A stretch of 64,000 nt of DNA, taken from Candidatus Dormiibacterota bacterium (GTDB taxonomy: Bacteria > Chloroflexota > Dormibacteria > Aeolococcales > Aeolococcaceae). Location of the stretch: the NCBI GenBank assembly GCA_963709585.1, contig CAVPXI010000015.1, positions 160,001 to 224,000 on the forward strand, in the 5' to 3' direction. Shown here piece by piece: positions 53,791 through 63,862 of the stretch. Position numbers and translations under genes: made by a program. The notes under the pieces were generated by a model. It was not told where the DNA came from. It saw only the letters and a program-made list of their open reading frames with translations, and did no database searches. Numbering within the stretch: the stretch's first letter is position 1; each line of letters begins with the position of its first letter.

Positions 53791-54048
53791 CTACACGCTC
53801 TCGCCGAATGCGTCCAGCGCCGCCTGCATGCAGGAGATCAGCTCGCGCGCAGAGGCGACGCTCAGCTCCAACGCGACGCGCTCGCTCACCGGGCGTCCCG
53901 CGTTGACGAAGTCGACGATCAGCGCGTGATCGAGGGGTGCGTGGGATGGATGGTCGACCGACACGACCGCAGTCGTGATCGGGGTCCAGCTGCCGGCCGC
54001 CTTGGCGCTCCCGGTCACCGCCGTCTTCTCAACGATGTACGAGCACAT
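53791..54048 (-). CDS. DUF6295-like small protein
   Basis: MCSY, DHPSHAPLDHAL..DF, RVALEL; AGGAG RBS. Confidence 0.75.
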   Translation of the reverse strand: MCSYIVEKTAVTGSAKAAGSWTPITTAVVSVDHPSHAPLDHALIVDFVNAGRPVSERVALELSVASARELISCMQAALDAFGESV

Positions 54049-54057
54049 GGGATCCTC

Positions 54058-54798
54058 CTAGCTCAGGTGGCGACCGTAAAAATCGAGGATCAGCCGCCAG
54101 CCCTCCACAGCGGCCTCCACCCGGTACATGGGTCGATCGACCGCGAAGAAGCCGTGTCCTGCGTTCTCGAACGTGTGGAACTCGTGCTCCTTGCCGAGCC
54201 GGGTGAGCTCGGCGTCGATCTGCGCGACCTCGGCGGGTGCCGGGTTCTTGTCCTCCGCCCCGAACAGCCCGAGGATCGGGCATGAGATCTTCGACGCGCG
54301 ATCGATCACAGGCTCCATCCTGTACGGCAGCTCCGGCGGCGAACCGCTGACCACGAAGGCCCCGTAGCAGTCGACTGCGGCGTCGACAGGCAGCTCGCAG
54401 GCGGCGAGGAACGACTGCCGCCCCCCCGAGCAGTACCCGATGGAGCCGACCCTGGCGTTGCTCACCGGCAGGCCCCGGACGAAGCGAAGCGCGCCACCGG
54501 CGTCGCCGAGGAATTGCTCGGTGCTAATCCAGCCGGCGGCGCGCGCGGCAGCGGCGGCATCATCCGGCGCGAGGTCGGGTCCGTAACGGTGGTACAGGTT
54601 CGGACAGATCGCGAGGTACCCCTGGTACGCGAACCTCCGTGCGATCTCTTTTGTGGCCGTGTCCCAGCCAGGTGCGTGGTGGATCACCAGCACGCCCGGG
54701 AACGGGCCCGCGCCGAGCGGCCGGGCGAGGTAGGCGCCGATCTCTTCGTCGCCGTGACCGGTGATCGTCACCGTCTCGGCGAGCAGTCCTTGGTACAC
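54058..54798 (-). CDS. Dienelactone hydrolase family
   Basis: GYCSGG, FGAED, AGHGF. Confidence 0.92.
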   Translation of the reverse strand: MYQGLLAETVTITGHGDEEIGAYLARPLGAGPFPGVLVIHHAPGWDTATKEIARRFAYQGYLAICPNLYHRYGPDLAPDDAAAAARAAGWISTEQFLGDAGGALRFVRGLPVSNARVGSIGYCSGGRQSFLAACELPVDAAVDCYGAFVVSGSPPELPYRMEPVIDRASKISCPILGLFGAEDKNPAPAEVAQIDAELTRLGKEHEFHTFENAGHGFFAVDRPMYRVEAAVEGWRLILDFYGRHLS

Positions 54799-54854
54799 GT
54801 CGTTCCTCCAGTCACTGGCTGTGGCGACGGCGACCGTACCGAATCAGGACATCG

Positions 54855-55253
54855 TCAGGAGAGTTCCGCGAGGCCTCGAACGACCCACGCCTTGAGATCC
54901 TCGAAGCCGTAGAAGGGCGCGTTGTCGGCTTCGGCTCGTGCCAGCACATCCTCGGGCGACGCGCCGGCCCGTAGCCCGGCGTAGAGATAGACGAGAGCGG
55001 ATGAACGCGGCCCGGTGCGACATGTGACCAGGGTCGGCCGGGACAACTGGTCGAGCGCTGCGACCTGCCGCCGAGCCAGGTCCATGTCGAGCACTCGAGG
55101 TGGATCGGATACGACATTGGCCGATTCTTGGACCGCCGCTTCCACGTCGGCGTACGACATGCCTCCCTCCATCGAAGCGAACTCGATGCCGCACAGGTAC
55201 AACCACGACGCGGCATTCGCTTCGCGGGCGAAGGCTTTGGGATCGGCGATCAT
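54855..55253 (-). CDS. DUF442/PTP-like sulfur-transferase-type protein
   Basis: PTLVTCRTGPRS (CX4R loop); start uncertain. Confidence 0.6.
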   Translation of the reverse strand: MIADPKAFAREANAASWLYLCGIEFASMEGGMSYADVEAAVQESANVVSDPPRVLDMDLARRQVAALDQLSRPTLVTCRTGPRSSALVYLYAGLRAGASPEDVLARAEADNAPFYGFEDLKAWVVRGLAELS

Positions 55254-55320
55254 CCCGCGGTTGAAGGTCAGATCGGTGGGGCTTTGAAAATCGTTCACCA
55301 CCGCAGTCTATATTTCGTCG

Positions 55321-56712
55321 ATGATCTTCGAGCAGTACTACCTCGAGTGCCTCTCGCAGGCCTCATATCTCATCGGCGATGAGACGACGGGGCGCGCGGT
55401 GGTGGTTGACCCTCGCCGCGACATCGAGCAATACCTCCACTCGGCGAGGGAACACGGAGTCGCGATCGAGTTGGTCATCGAGACACATTTTCACGCCGAC
55501 TTTCTCTCGGGTCATCTCGAGCTGGCCACCGCGACCGGCGCGCAGATCGGCTTCGGGGCGAGCGCCAAACCAGAGTTCGCGGCGCGGGCCCTGCACGATG
55601 GCGAGCGCATCTCGCTCGGCCAGGTCACCTTCGAGATCCTCGAAACGCCCGGGCATACGCCCGAGTTGATCAGCATCGCCGTCTACGAGCATCCCGACGA
55701 CGCGGTCCCGTACGGCGTGCTCACCGGCGACACGCTCTTCATCGGTGATGTCGGGCGACCGGACCTGCTGTCATCGTTGGGGTCAACGTCCGAAGAGCTC
55801 GCGAACATGCTCCATCACTCGCTCGGCGCCAAGCTCCTGACGCTTCCTGACGCGACCCGCGTGTTCCCGGGTCACGGCGCCGGTTCAGCGTGCGGCAAGA
55901 ACCTCTCCACCGACCTGTCATCGACCATCGGCGAGCAACGCCTTTCGAACTACGCGCTGCAGCCGATGACGCGTGCCGAGTTCGTCCGGGTCGTGACCGA
56001 GGGTCAAGTCGCCGCACCGAGTTACTTCGCGTTCGACGCGATGCGCAACCGCGAGGGCCACGAGCTCCTCCACGAGCTCGAGCAGCCGATGCCGCTGACA
56101 CTCGACGGCGCCCTCGCGCACCAGCGCGAGGGTGCGATCCTGCTCGACACCCGGGATGCCGGCGAATTCGCGACCGGACACCTGGTCGGCTCGGTGGGCG
56201 TCGGCCTCGAGGGTCGCTACGCAGAGTACGTCGGCAGTTTGGTGCACCCGGACGAGCGGATCGTGCTCCTGACAGAGCCGGGCACCGAGCTCGAGGCCAA
56301 GGTGCGGCTCGGCCGCATCGGTTACGACCACGTCGCCGGGTACGTCGAGAACCTCTATGAGGCGTTCCTGAACCGCCCAGATCTCGTCCGGTCCGCTTCT
56401 CGACTCACGGTTCCGGCCTTCGAAGAACGTCAACGCACGATCCCCGCTCTCCAGGTCGTCGACGTGCGGAATCCGGGCGAGACCGAGAATGCCTCGATGC
56501 CGGGCGCCGCCAACATCCCGCTGCCGCGCCTGCGCGATGGATGGAGGGCGCTTGACCCGGACCGGCCCACGGTCGTGTTTTGCGCGGGTGGCTACCGTTC
56601 TTCGATCGCCGCGAGCTTGTTGCGCAGCGTCGGTTTCAATGACGTATCGGACATCCTGGGCGGATACCACGCCTGGGCGGCAGTGCAGGCGCGTAAGGGC
56701 GCATCAAGCTGA
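55321..56712 (+). CDS. MBL-fold hydrolase with two rhodanese domains (persulfide dioxygenase-like)
   Basis: THFHADF, PGHTPE, GDVGRPDL, PGHGAGSACG, CAGGYRS. Confidence 0.92.
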   Translation: MIFEQYYLECLSQASYLIGDETTGRAVVVDPRRDIEQYLHSAREHGVAIELVIETHFHADFLSGHLELATATGAQIGFGASAKPEFAARALHDGERISLGQVTFEILETPGHTPELISIAVYEHPDDAVPYGVLTGDTLFIGDVGRPDLLSSLGSTSEELANMLHHSLGAKLLTLPDATRVFPGHGAGSACGKNLSTDLSSTIGEQRLSNYALQPMTRAEFVRVVTEGQVAAPSYFAFDAMRNREGHELLHELEQPMPLTLDGALAHQREGAILLDTRDAGEFATGHLVGSVGVGLEGRYAEYVGSLVHPDERIVLLTEPGTELEAKVRLGRIGYDHVAGYVENLYEAFLNRPDLVRSASRLTVPAFEERQRTIPALQVVDVRNPGETENASMPGAANIPLPRLRDGWRALDPDRPTVVFCAGGYRSSIAASLLRSVGFNDVSDILGGYHAWAAVQARKGASS

Positions 56713-56740
56713 ACGCGGCAAGCCGCGCGCGCTGATTCGC

Positions 56741-57103
56741 CTAGGACGGGAGTGTCAGGCGGTCGCCAACGTTGACCCCGGCGGCGGCCACACTACCGGC
56801 GGGAAGTTCTATACAGGCCTTGGCTTTTCTGACCACCCGGGTGACGCGCCAGGGACGCAGCGATGGGTAGATCCTGACGACCACACCGTCCCTGTCGACG
56901 AAGACGGCATCGACCGCAATCCGCATGAAGAACATGTGGATGGAGCTGCACGGACGCAGGCAGAGGCCCGTGTCGGCGGCGAGCTCGCGGCGGCCCATCA
57001 GGCCCACGAATCGTTGCCAGGGCGTCTCGGCCATCGCGACCGCTCCGGCAACGGTGGTGCCGGTGGACGTGGTCAGACGGAAGCTCCGCTGCGTCGAGGA
57101 CAT
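56741..57103 (-). CDS. DUF192 protein
   Basis: GLMGR, SIHMFFM, IELPAG. Confidence 0.88.
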   Translation of the reverse strand: MSSTQRSFRLTTSTGTTVAGAVAMAETPWQRFVGLMGRRELAADTGLCLRPCSSIHMFFMRIAVDAVFVDRDGVVVRIYPSLRPWRVTRVVRKAKACIELPAGSVAAAGVNVGDRLTLPS

Positions 57104-57147
57104 GACCGCGATCCTACCCGGCGAATCCGGGCGCACCGCCACCGTCG

Positions 57148-58251
57148 CTAGGTCGTCGCTCGGCTGTCAGGGATGGTGACGCGGACCTCGGTTCCAAGCC
57201 CGAGACCGCTGCGAACCTGCACGCGCCCCCCGACCAGTGCGGCCCGTTCGCGCATCTGGATCAGACCGAGCCCGGCGGTGCGCCCCATTCGCGCGTCGGT
57301 GGCGTTGACGTCGAACCCGTCGCCGTCGTCCTTCACCACGCCGACGACCATGCGCGGGAGGAAGGAGATGATCGCGTCGACCCGCTCGGGACTTCCATGC
57401 GCCAGTGCGTTGTCGAGCGCCTGCTCGAGGATCCGGTACATGGTGATCTCCGCGAGCGCGGGCATGCGGCGTTCGCTGCCGAGGACGTGGAGGAGCACCG
57501 TTCCCCGCCCGGTCCATGCTGCCAGGAGCTCGCGGATCGCCCCCAGCAGTCCTCGATCCTCGGTCAGCGGCAGGAGTCCGGCGATGACCTCCCCAAGCTG
57601 CTCCGACGCCTCTGAGGCAGCGGCCCGGCAGCGGGTGCTGGCGCCGGCTGCCATCACGGGTTCGCTCGCAATGCTCCTGCCGATCAACTCCGCCTCGAGG
57701 GCGGCGTCGGCGAGCCGCTGCATCGGGCCTTCGAGGATGAGCCGCGCGGTCTCGGCGTGCTCGACGTCGGCGATCTCATAGATCTGGCGAGACGCCTGGC
57801 TGTACCGGCTCGCACGCTGGTGTGGATCGGCGACTGACTGCGGAGGGACGGTGGAAAGCCCGCGGCTCATGGAGCGCAGCAGGTTCTGCTCGGCCATGAC
57901 GTCCGCGAGGCGGGTCCGGAGCCCCTTGGCGCGTGTCTCGAGGCGGGTCAGCTCCGTGCTCATCTCGAGGCCTTCGTTGAAGATCACCGCGATCTCGGAA
58001 AGGATCGCATTCGACGTCACCCTCGAGACCACCTCCAAAGCCGTGTGGCGCGCCTCCTCCACCCGATGAAGCCGGACGAGCACATTGGCACGCCGCGCGC
58101 CGACGTCGATCAGCTGGCGCTCGATGTCGTCGGCGACCTCCTCGAGATCCGAGGCTCGCGAATCCAGGTGAAACCGCAGTCCCACCAGGGGCGCCTCGGC
58201 GACCCGGACATCAATGTGGCCCGACCCCGTGGCTCGCTGCGCGGTTCTCAC
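57148..58251 (-). CDS. DegS/NarX-like soluble kinase lacking the phospho-His
   Basis: Coiled-coil N-terminus; N, G1 (DDGDGF) and G2 (GLGL) boxes; H-box reads ARLILEGPMQ. Confidence 0.8.
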   Translation of the reverse strand: MRTAQRATGSGHIDVRVAEAPLVGLRFHLDSRASDLEEVADDIERQLIDVGARRANVLVRLHRVEEARHTALEVVSRVTSNAILSEIAVIFNEGLEMSTELTRLETRAKGLRTRLADVMAEQNLLRSMSRGLSTVPPQSVADPHQRASRYSQASRQIYEIADVEHAETARLILEGPMQRLADAALEAELIGRSIASEPVMAAGASTRCRAAASEASEQLGEVIAGLLPLTEDRGLLGAIRELLAAWTGRGTVLLHVLGSERRMPALAEITMYRILEQALDNALAHGSPERVDAIISFLPRMVVGVVKDDGDGFDVNATDARMGRTAGLGLIQMRERAALVGGRVQVRSGLGLGTEVRVTIPDSRATT

Positions 58252-58258
58252 ACCGCGA

Positions 58259-58963
58259 TTATCGCCGGACGATGAACCGGAGTCGCACGAGGTCGTAGAG
58301 CACGCCAAACGAATCGCGCATGGCGCTGACCCGGGAATCCTCTTTGTGCTCCCAGCGCACCGGTACTTCCTCGACGGTCCAGCCAAGCCGGCGAGCGCGC
58401 AGGAGCACCTCGGCATCGAACCCGAAGCGGAGCGTGCGCAGCGGCGTGAAGCAGGCCACCGCCGCCTCGGCCGTGAATGCCTTGAACCCGCACTGGGTGT
58501 CGTGGAGACCACGCAGCGCCGCCACGCGCAGCAACCGGTTGTAGGTGCGGCCCATCACCTCGCGTCTCCCCGGCTGGTGGACGTCGATCCGCGAGTCCGG
58601 CAGCGCGCGCGATGCGATCGCCACGGCGCAATTGCCCTGCAGACGAGCACGCAGCCGTTCGACCTCCTCGATCGGCGTGCTGAGATCCGCGTCGCTGAAC
58701 ACACGATGCTCACCCGTTGCGCTCAACATCCCGAGGCGGACCGCGGCGCCCTTGCCGGTGTTGTGCTCGATCGCCAGCACCTGCAGCTGCGGCCACCCCT
58801 CGGCGATCGCGCGTGACATCGCCAGGGTGCCGTCGCTGCTGCCGTCGTCGACGATAAGAACCTCGTAGCGCTCGTCGCGGCCGTCCAGGTACGCGCGCAT
58901 CCGCTCGAGCGTCGCGGGCAGGCGCTGCTCCTCGTTGTAGGCCGGAACGATGATGCTGAGCAC
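58259..58963 (-). CDS. GT2 glycosyltransferase (dolichyl-phosphate glucosyltransferase-like)
   Basis: IVPAYNEE, VDDGS, DADLS, DTQCGFK. Confidence 0.92.
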   Translation of the reverse strand: MLSIIVPAYNEEQRLPATLERMRAYLDGRDERYEVLIVDDGSSDGTLAMSRAIAEGWPQLQVLAIEHNTGKGAAVRLGMLSATGEHRVFSDADLSTPIEEVERLRARLQGNCAVAIASRALPDSRIDVHQPGRREVMGRTYNRLLRVAALRGLHDTQCGFKAFTAEAAVACFTPLRTLRFGFDAEVLLRARRLGWTVEEVPVRWEHKEDSRVSAMRDSFGVLYDLVRLRFIVRR

Positions 58964-58974
58964 GGACAGGCTGG

Positions 58975-59748
58975 TCAGCGTCCGGCGCGGAGCGCGGCCG
59001 CCTCGCGGCGCTCGAGCCACCAGAAGACGGGGAGCACCGACTGACGCCGAAGACGCCACGGCTGGTTCGCCAGCCGCCAGGCCCATTCGAGGCCGGCACC
59101 ACGGACGGCGGCGGGTGCGCGGCGGACGCGGCCGGCGAGGAAGTCAAGCGAGCCACCCACGCCGATTCCCGAGGCGGCCCCGATGGGGCCGAGGTAACGG
59201 TCGAGGAAGAGCTCCTGACGGCCGGCACCGAACGCGGCCAGGACCATCTCCGGCTGCGCTGTCTCGAGCTCGGCTGCTGTCGCCTTTCCGGGAGGGCCGT
59301 CACTCACCGCCACGACCTGGAGTTCCGGGTGCGTCCCGAGCATGTGGTCGCGCGCCGCGACCGCGACGCCCGGCGCCCCGCCGACCAGCGCGATCCGGTG
59401 AGCGTGGCGTACCGCCTCCGGGAGGTATGCGGCGAGCAGGTCGGCGCCACCGACACGCTCGACCTCGGGATGACCGCGACGGCGGAGCGCGCGTACCACG
59501 CCGATGCCGTCGGGCACCACGAGCGCGGCCGAGTCGAGCACCGAGCTGAACGCCGGGCTGCGCCGCGCCATCATCACCATCTCGGGATTGAGGGTGATGA
59601 CCACCGCGGGATGCGAGGTCCTGTCGGTACGACCACGTTCCACCAAGTCCACAAGCGTCGCTACGGCCGTCGCCATGTCGACGATGTCGACGGGGCACCC
59701 GAGCACACGAGCTCGCTCCGTCGTTCGCGCGACGGGCGGCGCCACCAC
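58975..59748 (-). CDS. WecG/TagA/CpsF glycosyltransferase
   Basis: TLNPE, PDGIG, GVGGSLDF, GLEWAWRL. Confidence 0.92.
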   Translation of the reverse strand: MVAPPVARTTERARVLGCPVDIVDMATAVATLVDLVERGRTDRTSHPAVVITLNPEMVMMARRSPAFSSVLDSAALVVPDGIGVVRALRRRGHPEVERVGGADLLAAYLPEAVRHAHRIALVGGAPGVAVAARDHMLGTHPELQVVAVSDGPPGKATAAELETAQPEMVLAAFGAGRQELFLDRYLGPIGAASGIGVGGSLDFLAGRVRRAPAAVRGAGLEWAWRLANQPWRLRRQSVLPVFWWLERREAAALRAGR

Positions 59749-60149
59749 TACCGCTTGGTGTACTGCGGCGCCTTCCGTGCTCGCTTCAGACCGTATTTCT
59801 TCCGCTCTTTCTCGCGCGAGTTGCGGGTGAGCAGGCCCGCCGCCTTGAGCACCGGGCGCAGCTCGGGATCGGCAGCGATCAGCGCGCGCGCGATCCCGTG
59901 GCACACGGCGCCGGCCTGGCCCGCGATGCCGCCACCGAAGACCTTGACCGAGACTTCGAAACGGCCGGTCGTGTCGGTGACCCGGAGTGGCTGCGTGACC
60001 ACCGTCTCGAGGTCGCGGCGCCCGAAGTATTCGCTCGGCGGACGGTTGTTGACGACGATGACGCCGTCGCCGGGGACGATGCGCACGCGCGCGACCGCCG
60101 TCTTGCGGCGGCCGGTGGCCTGCTTGTATGCCTCAACTGCTGCGGGCAA
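59748..60149 (-). CDS. rpsI: 30S ribosomal protein S9
   Basis: [23 protein letters not shown]. Confidence 0.97.
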   Translation of the reverse strand: MPAAVEAYKQATGRRKTAVARVRIVPGDGVIVVNNRPPSEYFGRRDLETVVTQPLRVTDTTGRFEVSVKVFGGGIAGQAGAVCHGIARALIAADPELRPVLKAAGLLTRNSREKERKKYGLKRARKAPQYTKR

Positions 60150-60606
60150 CGATGATCTCCCCTAGCTCGCCGAAGGTGATCGGCTGCGGTCGCTGGGCCT
60201 CGTGTTTGTGCTCCGACCCCGCGTAGACGCGAAGGTGGGTCAGCTGCTCGGCACCGAGGGTGTTGTGCTGCAGCATGCCGCGGACCGCATGCATGATCGG
60301 AAACGTCGCGTCGACGGCCATCGCCTCATCGAAGGTGCGGACGCGCCGCCCGCTGGGATACCCGGAGTAGCGGTCGTACTGCTTGAGCGTGCGCTTGCGA
60401 CCGGTGACCACGATGTCACGCGCATTGATGACGATGACGTGCTCGCCGGTGTTGATGTGCTGGGTGAACTGGGGACGGTGCTTGCCGCGCAGGACGCGGG
60501 CGATGTTGGCCGCCAGACGGCCGAGCGTCTGCCCGCGAGCGTCGACGAGGAACCAGCGCTGCTCGAGCTCCGCCGGCTTTGCCTGGTAGGTCAGCATTGC
60601 GCTCAT
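60133..60606 (-). CDS. rplM: 50S ribosomal protein L13
   Basis: LGRLA, GKHRP, SGYPSG, AVRGML. Confidence 0.96.
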   Translation of the reverse strand: MSAMLTYQAKPAELEQRWFLVDARGQTLGRLAANIARVLRGKHRPQFTQHINTGEHVIVINARDIVVTGRKRTLKQYDRYSGYPSGRRVRTFDEAMAVDATFPIMHAVRGMLQHNTLGAEQLTHLRVYAGSEHKHEAQRPQPITFGELGEIIVARSS

Positions 60607-61415
60607 GCTGCGAGCACCTGCTCTGCGAGGGTGGCCTCGTAGCGCACCGACCACTGGTGCAGGCCGCGTGCGGGAGCGACCGCCACCGACGGATCGCGCG
60701 CGGTCGCAGTGTCGACGAGTGACCCGAGCCACTCCGGCGTCGCGCGTCCCTGACCGATTTTCACGAGGGCGCCCGAGAACGATCGCATCATGCCGCGGAG
60801 GAACGCATCGGCATGCACGGTGATCGCAATCGTCTCGAGGATCGGTCCTTGTTGGTCGGCCGCGGCGGTTTCTCCGAGGTCGTGGCGGTCGATGCTGACC
60901 GACGCAACGTGGCGCACGGTGCCGCCACCCGGACGCGGCGAGGTCCCGAACGCTGCGAAATCATGCCTGCCGACCAGGTGCGCTGCCGCCGTCCGCATCG
61001 CGTCGATGTCGAGCGGACCGCGAACCGTCCAGGCGTTGCGGCGCATCACCGGCGCGCGGCCGTCCCTGCACACGATGAGGTAGCGGTAGGTTCGCTCCAC
61101 GGCATCGCGACGTGCATCGAAGCGCTCCTGCCGGATCGCGACGCTGCGCACCGCAAGATCCGCGGGGAGCGTCGCGTTGAGCGCGTTGCGCAGCTCGTCG
61201 GGCGCCCAGCCACGCTCGAGCGTGCATCCGACGACCTGCCCGTGCGCGTGCGCGCCGGAGTTGGTCCGCCCTGCCGCGGTGAGCGCGGGCGTCTCGGACG
61301 TGACGGTCCGGAGCGCGTCATTGAACACGCCCATTGCGGTCCGCACGCTCGGCTGGATCTGCCAGCCGGCGAAATCGGTGCCGTCGTACTCGAGGGTCAG
61401 GCCGTAGGTGGGCAC
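60603..61415 (-). CDS. truA: tRNA pseudouridine(38-40) synthase
   Basis: YDGTDFAGWQ, GRT(N)SGAHA, FDAR, FLRGMMR; catalytic Asp reads Asn. Confidence 0.93.
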   Translation of the reverse strand: MPTYGLTLEYDGTDFAGWQIQPSVRTAMGVFNDALRTVTSETPALTAAGRTNSGAHAHGQVVGCTLERGWAPDELRNALNATLPADLAVRSVAIRQERFDARRDAVERTYRYLIVCRDGRAPVMRRNAWTVRGPLDIDAMRTAAAHLVGRHDFAAFGTSPRPGGGTVRHVASVSIDRHDLGETAAADQQGPILETIAITVHADAFLRGMMRSFSGALVKIGQGRATPEWLGSLVDTATARDPSVAVAPARGLHQWSVRYEATLAEQVLAA

Positions 61416-61428
61416 GAGTGACTCGTTC

Positions 61429-61782
61429 CTACTCGACCAGCTCGATGATCGCCATCGGCGCGGCATCACTACGCCGCGGTGGCAGCTTGACGACCCGCGT
61501 GTAACCCCCCGGCCGCTCCTTGTAGCGCTCGAGGTACGTGGAGAAGAGCTTGTTCGAGACCTCGCGGTCGTTGACGTACAACGCGACCTTGCGGCGCGCG
61601 TTGAGGTCGTCGGGCTTGGCGTCGGTGATCACCCGCTCGACCCATCGACGCAGCTCCTTGGCCTTCGCCTCGGTGGTCGTGATGCGACCGTAGCGCAGCA
61701 ATGAGGTCACCTGGTTGCGCGTCATCGACTGGCGATGCGCCGCGCTGCGCCCAAACTTCCGACCGGCGATCCGATGCCGCAT
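61429..61782 (-). CDS. rplQ: 50S ribosomal protein L17
   Basis: MRHR, ITTTEAKAKE, GGYTR. Confidence 0.98.
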   Translation of the reverse strand: MRHRIAGRKFGRSAAHRQSMTRNQVTSLLRYGRITTTEAKAKELRRWVERVITDAKPDDLNARRKVALYVNDREVSNKLFSTYLERYKERPGGYTRVVKLPPRRSDAAPMAIIELVE

Positions 61783-61794
61783 GAGGGGTTCCGG

Positions 61795-62769
61795 TTACCG
61801 CGCCATCGGCTGGAACAGCGTTTCCAGCTCTTCCGGGGTCACCAGCTCGCGCTGCACCAGCTTCTCGCGAATCTCGTCGAGCGACTTCTGCCCGAAGTTG
61901 CGCAGGGTGAGCAGCTCTTCCTGCTTCATCGCAACCAGCTGACCGACCTTGGTGATGTCGTTCGCCTTGAGGCAGTTGAGCGCGCGGACGCTGAGCTCGA
62001 GGTCCTCGATCGGAACGTCGGCGAGGCGGCTGGGGAGGTCATTGCCCCGGGCCTGACGCTGCTGCGGCGCCGCCAGGTTGTCGCCGAACCGAACGAAGAG
62101 TCCGAGGTGATCGGTGAAGAGCCCGGCGGCGCGGCTGACCGCTTCTACCGGCGCGAGAGTCCCGTCCGTCCACACCTCGACGACCAGCTTGTCCCACTCC
62201 GTCTCCTGACCGACGCGGGTCTTCTCGACGAAGAAGTTGGCCTTGCGCACCGGGGTGAAGATGGCGTCGATCGGGATCACCCCGATCGCCTGGCCCTCCT
62301 TCTTGTTGCGCTCGGCGGTCACGTATCCCTTGCCGCGCTCGACCATTAGGTCCATGCGCAGCTGCGCCTTGGGCGAGTCCAGGGTGGCGATGTGCTGACC
62401 CGGGTTGCGGATCTCGATGTCACTCGTCAGCTCGATGTCGCCGGCGGTCACATCGCGAGGGCCGTGCTGGTCCAGGCTGATGCGCACCGGGTCGTCGCTG
62501 TGCGAAAGGACGTTGATCTCCTTGATGTTGAGCAGGATCTCGGTCACGTCTTCCTTGACGTTCTCGATCGAGCTGAACTCGTGGGCGATGCCCTCGATCG
62601 ACACCGAGGTGATCGCGGCGCCTGGGAGCGAGGACAGGAGCACGCGGCGAAGCGAGTTGCCGAGCGTGACGCCGAATCCGGGCTCGAGCGGCTCGATCTC
62701 GAACTTGCCGTAGTCGGCACTGCTCTCGATCTCCTTGACGGCGGGGGTGGTCATCATGTCAATTGCCAT
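61795..62769 (-). CDS. rpoA: RNA polymerase alpha subunit
   Basis: PLEPGFGVTLGNSLRR, SVRALNCL, NFGQKS. Confidence 0.98.
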   Translation of the reverse strand: MAIDMMTTPAVKEIESSADYGKFEIEPLEPGFGVTLGNSLRRVLLSSLPGAAITSVSIEGIAHEFSSIENVKEDVTEILLNIKEINVLSHSDDPVRISLDQHGPRDVTAGDIELTSDIEIRNPGQHIATLDSPKAQLRMDLMVERGKGYVTAERNKKEGQAIGVIPIDAIFTPVRKANFFVEKTRVGQETEWDKLVVEVWTDGTLAPVEAVSRAAGLFTDHLGLFVRFGDNLAAPQQRQARGNDLPSRLADVPIEDLELSVRALNCLKANDITKVGQLVAMKQEELLTLRNFGQKSLDEIREKLVQRELVTPEELETLFQPMAR

Positions 62770-62825
62770 TCAGGACTCCTCTAGAGGGAACAGGGGTGTT
62801 GCGCCGATCCCGGCGCGGAGCATGG

Positions 62826-63455
62826 TCATCTCGAGTAGTACTCCACGATGAGCTGCTCTTCGATTTGTTGTTCCATCTCATGGCGCTCGGGTAAACGTGT
62901 GACCGTGCCCCGCAGCGCCGCGGCGTCCAGCGTCAGCCACTCCGGGACCGACCGGCCGGACACGAGCTGCTGCGCGTTCTCGAGCACCAGCATCTTCCGG
63001 CTGCGCTCGCGAACCTCGACGATGTCGCCGGGGCGCAACTGCGCGGAGGCGATGTTCAGCGCCCGGCCGTTGACCTTGAAGTGGCGGTGGCTCACCAGTT
63101 GGCGTGCCTCGCGACGCGAGCTGGCGAGCCCGAGCCGGTAGACGATGTTGTCCAGCCGGCGCTCGAGCTGCTGGAGCAGGACGGTGCCGGTGACCCCCTC
63201 GGCACCCTCGGCGCGCTCGAAGTAGCGCCGGAACTGGGTCTCGAGAACCCCATAGATGCGCCGCGCCTTCTGCTTGGCGCGCAGCTGGATGCCGTAGTCA
63301 CTCGCCTTGCGCCGGCGCGCGAGCCCGTGCTGTCCGGGGAGCAGCCCGCTGCGCTTGTCGAACGTGCAGTTGGTCACGCATTTGGCGCCCTTGAGATAGA
63401 GCTTTGCACCCTCGCGGCGACAGAGGCGGCAGACCGGACCCGCTTGATTGGCCAT
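62826..63455 (-). CDS. rpsD: 30S ribosomal protein S4 (Cys-containing type)
   Basis: CRLCRREG, LERRLDN, VEYYSR. Confidence 0.98.
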   Translation of the reverse strand: MANQAGPVCRLCRREGAKLYLKGAKCVTNCTFDKRSGLLPGQHGLARRRKASDYGIQLRAKQKARRIYGVLETQFRRYFERAEGAEGVTGTVLLQQLERRLDNIVYRLGLASSRREARQLVSHRHFKVNGRALNIASAQLRPGDIVEVRERSRKMLVLENAQQLVSGRSVPEWLTLDAAALRGTVTRLPERHEMEQQIEEQLIVEYYSR

Positions 63456-63463
63456 CGAATCCC

Positions 63464-63859
63464 CTAGACCCGGCGCCGCTTGGGGGGGCGGCAGCCGTTG
63501 TGCGGGATGGGGGTGACATCGGAGATGGCGCTGACGTCGAGCCCGCTCGCCTGGAGGCTGCGGATCGCCGCCTCGCGGCCGGCGCCCGGGCCTTTGACGA
63601 AGATCTCGATCGACTTCAGACCGTGCTCCATCGCCCGCCGGGCCGCCGCCTCGGCGGTGACCTGCGCGGCGAATGGGGTGCTCTTGCGCGAACCCTTGAA
63701 GCCCTGCGCACCCGCCGATCCCCAGGCGATGACGTTGCCGTCAGGGTCGGTGAGGCTGACGATGGTGTTGTTGAATGTCGCCAGGACATGCGCCTGACCG
63801 ACGGCGATGTTCTTGCGCTCGCGCCGGCGGGTCCGGACGACCTTCTTCTTCTTGGCCAT
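63464..63859 (-). CDS. rpsK: 30S ribosomal protein S11
   Basis: [20 protein letters not shown]. Confidence 0.98.
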   Translation of the reverse strand: MAKKKKVVRTRRRERKNIAVGQAHVLATFNNTIVSLTDPDGNVIAWGSAGAQGFKGSRKSTPFAAQVTAEAAARRAMEHGLKSIEIFVKGPGAGREAAIRSLQASGLDVSAISDVTPIPHNGCRPPKRRRV

Positions 63860-63862
63860 GGG

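Noticed and set aside
33213-54285. Very long antisense ORFs (e.g. 33213-35726, 51325-54285, also 18019-19854)
   Set aside because: Shadow ORFs expected opposite high-GC3 genes; no motifs.
60445-60460. L13 HINTGE (Asn where Asp is common) as part of the GASTC pattern
   Set aside because: Context does not revert to GASTC; may be natural variation.
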